The position numbers were made by a program, and so were the translations under genes. Source: Epiperipatus broadwayi (lineage: Eukaryota; Animalia; Onychophora). Taken from it: 64,000 nt of DNA. The stretch spans positions 18,662,001 to 18,726,000 of the forward strand of contig JAQFVV010000006.1 in assembly GCA_028023455.1 (NCBI GenBank), given 5' to 3'. The number at the start of each line of letters is the position of its first letter. Position 1 is the first letter of the stretch. Shown piece by piece: positions 51,997 to 64,000 of this stretch. The notes beneath the pieces are model-generated. The model saw nothing but the letters and a program-made list of their open reading frames with translations. It was not told the DNA's origin and searched no databases.

Positions 51997-52605
51997 TGTT
52001 GTGTTTGGTCTGGATTACAGACCCAACCTACAGAAATTAATACTAATACCAGTATTACAATTAATATAATATTCATTATTCACAACTATATACAGTAAAT
52101 TATACAAAATATTTACAATAAACAATAGTTATACTGGAACTCTTGAATCCGAGTCTTTGTGGTTCTACCGCTTCCAGGTACACCTGTTAGCTTGCCTCGT
52201 GGGAAGGGAGAATGACTCTTCCGGCTGTACAAGACAGCTTGGCTTGAGTAGTCTTAGCAGCATCTGGTCCCTCTGTGGACTTGCCTAGCTGCATAGACAA
52301 ATAGCAGATTTTTATTAGGGGAAATGCTGACTGCTGTTCAGGTTAGCAGGGCTTCCCTGGTAGAATGCGTACAGTCTTTTCAGATTACACAGACGTTCTT
52401 CCCTGATTCTCACAAAAAGCTGACTATTTATAGCCAGATTCCTGATCTTACTGAAAACACTCGGATTCAACAAGCATCATTGTTTATTGGCCTGTATGTT
52501 TTAGCTATACATCAGCCTATTGGCCTGCGGCAAACATTGCTTAATCTGAACAGATAAGGAGGAATCTGGAATAGTCCACTTCTGAGAGAAGGGAGGACTA
52601 TAACA
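51997..52605. mobile_element. Solo LTR, 609 bp, TSD GTTTT
   Basis: TGTTGT...ATAACA termini with GTTTT at 51992-51996 and 52606-52610. GC is elevated and there is no coding remnant. Confidence 0.8.
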
Positions 52606-53863
52606 GTTTTATTTTCTAGTTATTTTCATCCTGTATTCATATAGAGAATATGGCATTTATGTATAATAATAAAAATACATTAGTATTATATTGGTTAATA
52701 TTAAAATATATTTTAGTAATAAGTGTTTGACTCTTACACTAAAGTTAAAGCTTCCTAAATGAAAGCTATGCTTGTCACTCGATTGCCATATTGTATGATG
52801 ATTTTTTTAAATTTATTTTCCTATTTAAGATATGAATTTTTATTTGATACTTGTGACAAATGCTGTAATTGGTTCTGCAAATATAATTTGATGAGATGTG
52901 ATTTATAAGAAATTACTTTTTTACTAATGCAAATATGAGTAAATGTATGGTAATTAGCCAAGTGTTGGATGCTGAAGTGGGGGAGAAGCAGAAGATTGTA
53001 CTGATTTAATTTATATTTTGATTATAAAAGTTTTATTTTATTTAATAGAGTAGCTTCATTGTTCCGGACTTCAAGCCAGAGGGCCTTTCATTTCTGAATC
53101 TGACACTCTATTATCGTGCAAAAGAGCACAGTATTATTTTAATTTCACACACACACACCCATTTATTCATAGTAGATAGGATTATGCAGTTTTCATGTAT
53201 ATAGTTATGCATGAATAATAAAAGTGGGATGGAATTAAAATAATATATTGCTATGTATAGTTTATTAAAAAAGATATATTGCAATGCATTTGTATTTGAC
53301 TAATAATAAAATAATAATCTTTAGCTTAATAAATAATTATTAATAAATTATAATTATATATCTAAAACATTTTGTACAAGAGTTGTATGCTGATGGACTA
53401 TGTTGTGTCAAAATGGGGTTGTAAGTATGAAAATTATTGCATGCTTTGAAGCAGATTAATGTAATAAATAGAATGATGATTCTAAAATTGATATTTTCTG
53501 TATTGATGGTTCCCAACTGAAGGAAATGAGTCAAAAATTCTCAGTTGAAATTTATGCTTAAGTCTAACTACATGTGTTCAAATGTCACATTGTCTTGTTA
53601 TGACCCCCCCCCTCTTTTTTTTTGTAAAAAAAAAATATAATAGCAAAGAAAATTTATATATATATTACTTTTTTCCATGTATTTGTATTCAAAACATCTG
53701 TAAATGTATAACTAAGTATTACTTTATTTTGTAAAAGCATTTTTTTTTTATACTTAAAATGTGTATTGATTTGTTAAATTATAATTTAATGTTTTATATT
53801 TGAATGCCATTTTTTTAAATAAAAAACAAAAAAAATTACTTATGATTAATTAATTAATATTAG

Positions 53864-54007
53864 GTTCAAGAGTTGGCTGTGCGGTGCATACAGAGGAATG
53901 TTAGAAAATTCCTGGCTGTTTCTACTTGGCCATGGTGGCGATTATTGATCAAAGTCTTTCCACTTCTTAATGTTCACCGAACTGAAGAAGAACTTAGAGC
54001 CAAGACT
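53864..54007 (+). CDS. MYO18A: Myosin XVIII exon: neck and WPWW hook (VQELAVRCIQRNVRKFLAVSTWPWWRLLIKVFPLLNVHRTEEELRAKT)
   Basis: AG/GTAAGT, 144 nt, phase 0. Homologous to MYO18A IQDLAIRCVQKN...WPWWKL...SEEQIRNKD. Confidence 0.95.
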
Positions 54008-54269
54008 GTAAGTAAGCTCTACAAATAGTATATATAAAACTTAGACGACTATTTTTAAAAGGTTTTGAAGAATGTGTGTAGCACTCATTAAGTATTTTTT
54101 AAAAGGAGTCTCATACAGGGCCTTACTTATGCATAGGCACTTCTGGCAGTAAAAGAGAAAGTGATGAAGTGCTTTGTCTGCTGGTGGTTGATATATTTTT
54201 ATGTAAGATTCTTTTTTTGTAAAAATTGAAAGTGAATAGTTTATAAATCTATTTCCTAATCATTCTTGA

Positions 54270-54780
54270 TCATTATGGTATCATCATCATCATTATCAAC
54301 CATTATCAATCCACTGCAGGATGAAGGTCTCTCCAAGTTTAATCCATCTTCTCCGATCTTTAGCTTCTCTTCTCCACATCACCCCTACCCATTTTCTTAT
54401 TTCATCCATCCATCTTACATGTGGTCTCCTTCTGGGTCTTTTACAATCTCTTGGAATCCAGTTTAAAATTTCAATTGTCCATCTATTATCATCTCTTCTA
54501 GAAATATGTCCAGCCCAACTCCACTTCAATCTTTTAATTTTTTCAATGAGGTCAGTAACACCTGTTTGTTCTCTTACCCATACATTGCGTTTTCGATCTC
54601 TTCTTGTTACTCCCAACATACATCTCTCCATACTTCTTTGAGTGGTCTGAAGTCTCTGTATTGATCTTCTATTAAGTGTCCAAGTCTCAGATCCATAAGT
54701 AAGAACTGGTAAAACACATTTGTTAAAAACCTTTCTTTTCAAACACATAGGCATATTTCCTTTTAATATCAAGTTATGCT
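54270..54780 (-). mobile_element. 5'-truncated RTE-clade LINE, intact C-terminal frame and (TGA)n tail
   Basis: ORF 54296-54772 reads LKRKVFNKCVLPVLTYGSETWTL...LKWSWAGHISRR...RPHVRWMD. A TCA/ATC microsatellite marks the 3' end (54270-54295). Confidence 0.9.
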
Positions 54781-54982
54781 AAATATTTTTTTTTGTTATA
54801 ATTATTTTAAAATTTCTCTATTTTGTTTCTTAACCCTTTGTTGCCTGAACAATATCTTTCTTTTTTTAATATTCTGATTTATGATATTGAGAAATGGCAT
54901 TTTTTATTTATATATAGATTGATGATTGTTGGAGTTTAGTAGTTTCATAATTGTTATTTATCATTTTTATATTAAGAAATGT

Positions 54983-55090
54983 TATATATAGAGCTACAAA
55001 ATAAGCTCTTAACAAGCTTTGCAACCTCTACATATAACACTTGTAAATACAAGCTTATTAAATTTAGGTCATGTGACATGACTTGATTTT
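54983..55090. repeat. ~105-bp dispersed repeat with a 5' hairpin, copy 1
   Basis: Near-identical to 59752-59856. Confidence 0.75.
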
Positions 55091-56767
55091 TTAAAAAAAT
55101 TATATTAAGAAAATATTGTAAAGAAATAGGAGTGTAATAATCCTTAGTGATGGATTTACTTTTCTTTTTTGAAGAACAAATTACTTGCTATTATTTTTAC
55201 TAAAACTATTTTTTAAAAAATTTTTTAACAATATTTTGACTCAAGCTAAAGCCTCCATCCATTTTAATTTAATTATGAAACTAATATGGTCATTCAATTC
55301 TCTAGTTATTAAATTGACTCTCTTATAAGTAGAATATAAATCCTTATCAATAATTTGACCGAAATTTATTTTCGAATGTTTGAGTTGCAATCAGTCTCAA
55401 CAAGGCTAGTATGATGATGATTATATACTCTCTAATTCTAAAATATATACACCATTTGAGTATATTTCTATTTAATTTTTTAATTTAATTGACTGATAAA
55501 ATTCTTTTATTTCCAACATACATTTTTTGGTGCCAGCATGGTATTGTCAAATTATGCATGCTACATGACATTCATTATGAATAAAGTCAGCAATTCATCA
55601 AATGAGAACTGCATTTGAAAAAAATCACTACATTGTAAAAAAAAAAAAAAATCTTTCCAATCTCTAGCCTTTCTTCTCCACATCACTCTAGCACAATTCC
55701 TTATTTTATCCATTCATCTCACAATTTAGTGCTATTCAAATGCCATTATTGAGTTGTGGCTTTGCCCTATATGATTTGGCATTACAGTGAGAATGACAAA
55801 TTTAAAAGCTGATGAGTCCTTAATCAATTTGCAGCTAAGGAACTAAAAAACCACTGCAAATGATAATGTTGCGTTTTTTAATGCTCAAGCAATATCTGAT
55901 CTTCCAAACAGTTGGTCATACAAGTTGCATGGCTAATTATGAAAAGGTATTTCTATATAAATTTTAAAGCAACTGCAAACTTCAGATATTCCTAAGAATA
56001 TTAGTGTTAATATTGACGAAAAATTTACAAAAAACATATATATATATAATAATAATAATAATCAGATTTTACTGCTGTCATGTGTAGACACAACATTTAT
56101 TGCCATCATTCATTACCTAACATAAAATAAATCTTCTGATTTTTCATAACATATATGTTTTGATTGTAACTTAGCTTTGTCATTTATGTTAGCATTTGTA
56201 GATGAAGTACAATATTTTATATTAGATAACAGGTAATGATCTTATATTTTGAATTTGCATTAGTGAGCATTAAAATTTGCTATCATTTATTGCCTACATA
56301 TATATTAGGAGTATATAATATTGCTTTTTAGTGGGTAGAATGATTATTTTCTTTATTAGAAAATAATTTCAAGTACTTATTATGACAAACCATATACACT
56401 GTTATGAAGTCATCAGCTTTCTAAAAAAAATTTTTACATTTTCAGATCAATTCAGAATATCTCTAAGTAAAATATGTAATTTTAATGTACTTTGTTTGAC
56501 TGAAGTTATTATTATAGTTATCACTTGTATTATCATTAACTTTTAATGTAATGATTTTATTGTTTTTACACTTTATTTATTTAATAAATGTAATAAGTGT
56601 GCTTATATACAACTATAAAGAAGCTAGTTATTTCTATAAATCAAATACAGCTTAGCTCTTTCGAGAACTTATGGCATTCTCATATTCATAACAAGAAGAA
56701 TTTTATTTATTTATTTATTCTGGAAAAAAAATTACTAACATTAATTCATTAATGATATATTTTATAG

Positions 56768-56857
56768 GAAGAATTAGAAATATTACGTCTCAAAGTTAAT
56801 AAGCTTGAGAAAGAACGCAATGACTTCAAGCAAGCTGTTGATCGTCTAGAAGCAAAA
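56768..56857 (+). CDS. MYO18A: Myosin XVIII exon: start of coiled coil (EELEILRLKVNKLEKERNDFKQAVDRLEAK)
   Basis: AG/GTAAGT, 90 nt, phase 0. Homologous to MYO18A [30 protein letters not shown]. Confidence 0.93.
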
Positions 56858-58799
56858 GTAAGTTGCTTTTATTCATTTATTTTAATAATGTAAAGAATTT
56901 TTAAAGTTTAAAATAAAGTTTTAAAATTGTTTTGTCAAAATAAATTGTGGTAATAGAATAACAAGCAATTGTCCAATACTCTTTGTCTAGGGATTCTGCT
57001 ACTTTAAGATAAAGAACTTTGCTCACGATTTAAAACCTATATGGAAAATGATAGTTAAAACTTACATTAATGTGATAAAATGTAATTATTTTGTTTTTTA
57101 TGACCTTAATTTAAAATAATAAGAAGAATAACTATACACTTATTACACTAATTGTAATTCCACTACATTTAGAAGGATATCTGCAAAATTTAGAAATTGT
57201 TTCTTGCATTAATAGCAGTAATTCATTCTATTTCATTCTAGTTTACTTGTAGCTAATATTAATTCTTAATCCTGAAATAAGTTAATGTTATGCACAGACT
57301 CATTACTTTATATTCTAACTCTAAGCATAAGCTGATGTAACTTTTCTTATAATTATGAATCATTTGCTCTTATTAAATAAATTTAAAAAGTATATTGTTG
57401 TTTCTCTCAATCAATTATAAATCTGATATATTTGTTACTGTGTGTTTTTAGAATACTTTGTAATTGTATTGTATTTAAATTTAATTAAACTCATTATTAC
57501 AACATTATATATTATTGTCAGGGCTTTTTAAAGTGACAGTTTGGCACATCTGACTATCTTGTTCATGATCGGCGGTTTGAATGGATAGGCTGTATGAAAT
57601 TTGAATTTCGTGTTTAAACATGCTCAGAATTCTTTTAATCAGGTAACTGATCTGTAATTAACATAGTAGCAATCCAATTATTGGATACTTAACAAGTATT
57701 GTTAAATAGAGTATGAAACAAGAATGGAAAACTTAAATTCTTCACTACTCTGATACATAATATTATTGTTTCATTTGGTGGAGGAAGAATTGTTGGGAAA
57801 CTTTTTCTTAAACAATTTAGAGATTGTTTGATCTTTTGTATAAACATTTTATTACATCATTTTGTGCCAGAATAAATTTTTTATTTGGTACATATATATT
57901 AAACAAAGCTATGACTAAATTATATACATCATTATTGTGCCGGGCACACTTCGTATGGCCAAGCATAAGAAGATATTAAAGAAGCTAATGGCTTAAAATA
58001 CGTTATAAAGCCATTAAGGGGGGGGGGGTATACTATCTCCATAACTTAAAAATTAGACATGTTATAAAATAGGTGAGAGGGGTCTGTGGATATATCATAT
58101 ACTCGCATATACAAGAATAAAGCCATCAGTTAAGGCTTAGAATTCCCAGTAACTAATTAAAATAAATATTTTTATAAGTCAAATGGGCAGTAGAAGTTAT
58201 CCTGCTATTTGCAAATCTTAAAATCCATGTTCGTGATCCGTTGTGCACAAAAAAGGCCCATGCTGTAGTCACGACGTATGCAAGAAATTAAATGTTGGTT
58301 TAATCAGCACAAAATCGATCTATGTGTTGAATTGCCTAATAATTTACTATCTATATCTCTTGATATTACCATTTATTGTTTGATAGTGGAAAGAAAAACT
58401 GACATGCACTTTGGAAAAATAAAGTTATTTAAAAAAATATGAAGAATTTAAAGTGGTCAATACCTAAGTATAGGAATTGACGCATTTAAATCCTCAATTG
58501 GGGAGGGGTATGATGTAACTATATGTATATACGCATGTTGTATAAATGTGTGTATATACATGTTACATGATTTACTTATTATTTTTAAATAAAATTTAAA
58601 ATAATCATAATTAATAGTTTGAAAAAAGTAAAAGTTAAAATAAAAAGAAAATGTTAGGAATAAGTTAGAAATTATTTATTAATTATAACTTGTCTTTCTT
58701 TTATGTACTTATATTTTTGCATAATTCTGTCAAAAAATACTCTTTACTTTAGAATTAAATTTTTTTAATAATTAATTAAAATAAGTCATATTAAACTAA

Positions 58800-59600
58800 T
58801 CTGGCTCTGGAGATTAAGATTCCAGACTGATTAATTGAACAATATAGCTAATCTCAGAGAATTAAAATAGAAAAACAAGAAAATAAAGGAATGTAACTTT
58901 TAATTAAAAGAATTTGAAGATAAAATGTATTGATAGCATGGTTGAAACTCAAGCAAAGGTGGAGTCAGAGTGTATAAAAGGCTGACATTTTCTATTGCCT
59001 TCATTGAGATTGAGATTCATATTCTTCATTCAGTCATTAAGATTCAGTCATTGAGATTCATATTCTTCATTCAGTCATTCAAGATTATTCAGATTTTAGA
59101 CTTCAAATTCAGGCTTTGCAGAAAGTATTATAGAAGACGGTTAAAAATATAACCAAGATCAAACAGCTGCAGTGAATAAAGTCAATGAGCCGCTAATAGT
59201 CCAGCATGATGAAATTATTCTTCTACTATCATGCCATTAAAAAGAAATTAGTGACTAAATCCGAACATTGGTGTTTGGTTGTTTTCCTCTGCTCGTCTTC
59301 TGTGTGCCATTAGCCAAATGCTGTGGTAGTTTACTCTGACTCACCTTCTACCAATGTTTAAACCCACTATACCAAATCAAGAGAACCAGCCCACCCTGTA
59401 GGATGCGGAATCAGGAAGCTTCACTTATGTTACACATATGCTTGGCAAGAATCTAACTGGATCCAAAGAAAAGGTGATCACCCACAAATGAAAACTAATG
59501 ATAGTGCTTAGCTCACTTATGGAAACCATAGACTGTGTTTAAACCGCATATGGAATCCAAAGACTGTGCTTAAACTGCATATGAAAACCAGAGACTGTGT
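58800..59600 (+). mobile_element. Probable LTR remnant with adjacent leader and tandem repeats
   Basis: TATAAAA near 58973, AATAAA near 59175, and an end CCGAACA (59267) followed by TTGGTG. Short tandem repeats lie at about 59005-59080 and ~31-bp repeats at about 59518-59600. The left end is undefined. Confidence 0.4.
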
Positions 59601-59751
59601 TGTACTTAGACCTAACTAATGATTATCCATGACTCATTATTAAAACTTAAAATTTTAATACTAGTCTTAAACGTAAAATCTTTCCTTGAATAGAATTCAT
59701 TTCAGAAGCATGCATATTTGTTTTTAAATGTAGAATATCTCCTATGTGTTT

Positions 59752-59856
59752 TATATATAGAGCTCGCAAAATAAGCTCTTAACAAGCTTTGCGAGCTCTA
59801 GATATAAAATTTGTAAATACAAGCTTATTAGATCATGTGACATCTGACTTGATTTT
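59752..59856. repeat. ~105-bp dispersed repeat with a 5' hairpin, copy 2
   Basis: TAGAGCTCGCAAA...TTTGCGAGCTCTA hairpin. Matches 54983-55090. Confidence 0.75.
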
Positions 59857-60619
59857 TTTTTTGTAATTTTATTTTTTGCTATGAGTTTTATATTTTATTT
59901 TTTATTGTTATTGTCTGTCAGTAAATTGATGTAAATTATTAGTGCTGTTTACTTCTCTCTCTCTCTCTCCATTTATCTAATAAAGGTGTTGCCAAATCTC
60001 ATGTTTAAGAACTAGCCATGGGTCAATTGCTTGAAACATGTTAGTACCATTTCATGGGTTCCAGTATAACCCTTTATAAGTAATCCCCATGAAATGTTTC
60101 ACCTTTCATGCAGATGTGGAGTTACCTCAGTCTGGGAAGGTTACCATCAGTTTAATATTTTTATTAAATTTCCGTCTGACCGAGGGTATGATTGGTATGT
60201 AAATATTAATCATATTTACTCCTCTGCTTGAGTAACAGGGTCTTAAAAGGTCATATTAAAAATTAAGGAATAAATAGAAAAAAAAATATTTTTTTTTTAT
60301 AAAGGAGGACTCCTGTTACAATATACATACATAAAATTTATATATGTATTATAATGGGAAGAAAAACAATTAAAAAATCGAATATATTTCTCTCTTGGTG
60401 ATATTGATAATAAAATGTTCATGCAATATACTGAGTAGTCAAATATAATAATAGGAAGAAAGTCAACTTCTCTATGGTATAACATGTTGTATTGATAGAA
60501 GCAACAAGATGTAATTTCATTAAGTAGTGTTGAACATTTAGGTGAGCCATTGATGAATCTGCCAGCCTTCAAGGTCACAATATTAATCATTAATGAACAT
60601 TTTGCCATTTAATAATGTG

Positions 60620-62075
60620 TTTTATAACATATCTGAATCCACTGCCTAAACAGATTAAAGCCAAGCTTCCAGGAATTTATGTTCCAAACTTAAAACAAAC
60701 AGTACATCACATTTCCTACGTGGATGATGTTTCGGTCTTTTCTTCCTGATCTTTCTCATCTGCCGGCCTTCCTCCAACTTGTAAATACATATTCTAGCAG
60801 ATTAAAACTCCAAATTAACTTTGTAAAATCATCAATGTGGAACATTAGAACAGGATAACCAATCCCTTCAGCCAAATATCTTCCTTTTTTGGGCTTTCCA
60901 ATTGCATTATCGAGGCTGGTGATGACAAGGCGATTCAGAACCTAATGCTGGATAAAACAAAGAAAATAGTTGCATCGTTTGCCAAGATCTTCTTATCACT
61001 CATTGGCAAAGTTACATTATTAAATACACTGGTTTATTCTAGATTGTCCTACTACCTTCCCATCATCAGACCCACTAAGCTCTTCGAAAAATCAATGAAC
61101 TCTCTGTGTTCCAAACTTCTCATGGCAAGGTGGTGGCTATTAGCATTGCCAAGGCTCAAATGCCTAAAGAGCTTAATGGTCTTGGTCTGCATTCTGTCTC
61201 CACTCTCTACCTTCAAAAATCCATTTCCCTTCTATGCTCGACATGCTTAAAATTGCCAAACCTCAATCTTCCGGTAGTTGTCGACCTTGCTGATACTCCA
61301 CCTCCACTCATAAGTAAATGGGTGGGTGAAATCTGGAATCAAGTCAGTATAGTCATGAATCCCAGCCAACTAGTTCTTGATGCTTAAAAGTCTTTCTGGA
61401 CTGTCTACAAATTAAAACACCAAGATCAAGCCCCGACTCAAAATGTATTGGGGCTTTCTAACAAAGCCTTGATCCAAAAACTGAATCACTGGTATGTTGA
61501 ATCCAAACACATTGACTTTCTTCTTAAGCTCAATCTGGCTTCTCTTCCCACCACTTGCTTTCTTGTGGCCAGGAGGGGTTTCTCAAAGATTGGTCCCAGC
61601 GCCAGCTCTGTCACTCAGCTGATGAGACCATAGCCCACCTATTATACATGTGCTCCACCCTCTCTCCTATCAGGAACTTCATTAACAAAGTTTCACTAGA
61701 CATCAGAGATGTCCTATCAATTCAAAACATGATCAAATAGGGAACCTATGCATCCATCAGACTGTCCATCTTCTTGACCTTCACCTATGGCTAACCAGAT
61801 GCAAATTAATGTTTGGACATTTTAAAAATACTCCAGATTTACATCAAGCTACTCACACAGGCTAAAGTCAAAGATTCAGCCCTTGCACCTCAGCTGTTAC
61901 ACAGAGACATTTGGGAAAAGATTGAGTTTCCAAATGAATAACCCACCATGACTATCAGGACTGTGCAGAATGTGTAGCTCTCTTTTTTTTTAATCTGTAT
62001 GCTTTAAATACAATGTAAACCGTTCAGGGTACAAAGAACACTTCATGTTTAAATAAAATATTTTTTAAAAAAAAT
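60620..62075 (+). mobile_element. 5'-truncated L1/Tx1-like LINE (RT to 3' end), decayed
   Basis: HISYVDDVSV (YADD), GKVTLLNTLVYSRLSY, PKELNGLGL and LCHSADETIAHLLYMC zinc finger, with an A-rich end after AATAAA near 62052. Confidence 0.85.
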
Positions 62076-64000
62076 AGAAGGATTTGAACTCAGATTTTTA
62101 ATTACATTAAGTTTAGTATAGGCAGTATACTTGTATTTAAATATTACAAATAGGTAAAACAGACGTTTAACTCTTTAATTCTAATATATAGCAGCATACA
62201 CTTAGTTATTGAGTTATTAGTGATAATCAAACTTGAGTACTCTATACCAGTTGTGTGCATCTTTATTTTAGGTGACTTATTATATATTGTTACCACATAC
62301 AAATATATATCTTTATATTATATTTCAGCACATATGATTTGATATAAGATCTTTGAAAAAACTGCATATTTAAAAATGTATAATAATACTTGATTCTTCT
62401 TAGTAAATCTATTGGTTTACAGCAATTACAATTTTTTTAGCCTGTTTTAGAAAATGTGTACATTCAAGAATATAATGCCACATATGAACGTTAGGAGGAT
62501 ACTAGCATGAATTAAACTCTGAGAGGTAACAAGAGAAATGAGAACAATATAAGCAAAGTGCTATTTATACAAAGCAGATTGGAATATTAAGAAGGAAGTG
62601 TTTAAACAAAAGTGGTCAGACACACAAGAATGAATAGAGCAGTTTAATAGTGTTTTTGTTTTTTTAATCAATAATTTATTGTCCAACATGTATACGTCCC
62701 CCAACATTTTTTCTGCTTCCTATTGAGGGGTCATGACTCGAAGATTGCGAGCGCAGCTCTATACTATTCAAAATTTTTTATTCGAAAGTATTTTCAGAGT
62801 ACTGATTATATATCTCGATATATTGTCTAAATTTGAAGTTGGGTGACAAATTGCATCTAGATATTATTAGAGAATAGAGGTTTGAATTGGTCAGATAATT
62901 AAAAATATAATTGAAATATAAACGCAGATTTTAACGTTGATGGGTGAGGGCAAATTTTTTAAAGAAATGAGCTTTAATTTAACTTTGTTTTAAAGAAATT
63001 TTAGAATAAATTTAGTTTCAGCTAAATTCAATGCCATTCCATTAAAATTTTAAAATAAAAGTTTAATCATTAGGAAAAATATGATTGCAGTTTTTCGGTA
63101 ATGTTCATTTGTATTGCGATAAATTTAATTATATGATTCTGCTTATCCCTTCAAATCGTTTCAAAAAACAAGTTTTTAAAATTCATTTTGAATAATTTAT
63201 AAAACTAAATAAATATCCAAAAATGAATTTTCCTTTTGTATGTGTGTTTCTTTTAAGGCAAAACTGTTTTAATTTGTTATTGAATTTTTTTGTATGTAAT
63301 TTTAAAACATAAATGTTTACGCATTATCTTTTAGAAAATAGTATTTTCATCTGTTCATTTTTTGAAAATAGTAGTCCAATTAGCAACAATAAATCATTTG
63401 TTGATATTCACATGGGTAAACAAAGTAAAAGATGCATGCTTGTGACTTTGTTGTATATCTGTCAGTTAAAAGTGTTGATTCATGTTTAATTTTATAAAAT
63501 GAAGTAATTGAAGAGTGAATAATGTTGGCTAGGTAGTCTCTGCTTAGTAAACATGAAAAAAAAAACCTCTATTTAGTTTATTGTGCATCTCAGTAGAGGG
63601 CACTTTCTGGAATTACTCCCAAAACAAAAAGGAATTAAAAAACTATTTTTTTTTTTTTTTTTAGAAATTTGCCTTGGGTTAAAAGTGTATTCATGCATAT
63701 ATGCTTATTAAATTGTTAAAACATTTCTCCTTCTTATATTTTTATTGTTGTTGTTATCGAACGAAATACTAATGCATAATTTTAAGTGACAATTTGCCCT
63801 CAAATCTTTTTGTTTGCCCATTCATCTTTAATATAAGATCATTTGGTTTAGATTTGCGAAATATATATAAGATTTATTAGGATAATTGATTTTAAATTAT
63901 TGTTTTTCGACTTCCTCTTCCCTCCCTTGATATTTAAATAGTAGACTTTTGACATTTTAACGCGGGAAAAGATTTTTTAAAATGAATAACTTGTAGATGC

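Noticed and set aside
53030-53130. Faint tRNA-SINE-like boxes (also about 11860-11940)
   Set aside because: A and B boxes are too degenerate and there is no second alignable copy.
55805-55850. CTGATGAGTCCTTA...TAAGGAAC-TAAA, resembling an HHR core
   Set aside because: GAAA is absent and no stem I or III can be formed.
58016-58520. TTAAGGGGGG start suggesting a TTAA-targeting DNA transposon
   Set aside because: No matching opposite terminus.
1311-60608. Most short ORFs in the supplied track
   Set aside because: They are low-complexity AT-rich or antisense-to-TE frames with no domain signal. Only TE-derived frames were used. The real exons are not in the track.
61618-61640. CTGATGAG motif
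   Set aside because: It is the coding sequence SADET of the LINE zinc finger.
57600-64000. Next myosin XVIII coiled-coil exon
   Set aside because: No frame resembling the expected following segment was found. It probably lies beyond the window.

Overview
Very AT-rich animal genomic DNA; the host protein looks arthropod-like. The only host gene supported is an unconventional myosin XVIII (MYO18A/Mhcl-like) on the + strand. It is represented by three phase-0 exons covering the converter/IQ neck and the start of the coiled coil (20441-20569, 53864-54007, 56768-56857), separated by a 33.3 kb and a 2.8 kb intron. The rest is apparently intronic and TE-rich. It holds a complete but decayed Mag-type Ty3/Gypsy element (42382-47705, TSD GTTTT), solo LTRs, RTE and L1/Tx1 LINE fragments, a TA-flanked MITE (2 copies), a hAT MITE with an 8-bp TSD, and Penelope-like (PLE) GIY-YIG remnants. 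The most striking signal is about a dozen minimal type-I hammerhead ribozyme (HHR) motifs in five sequence families, most with a self-complementary stem III. They sit in short, apparently non-coding elements that form tandem ~450-nt units or head-to-head foldbacks, and two of these insertions have 13-bp target-site duplications. This looks like a set of PLE-mobilised, retrozyme-like self-cleaving elements inside the myosin introns. All alignments and folds were done by eye. Coordinates of decayed TE fragments are approximate.
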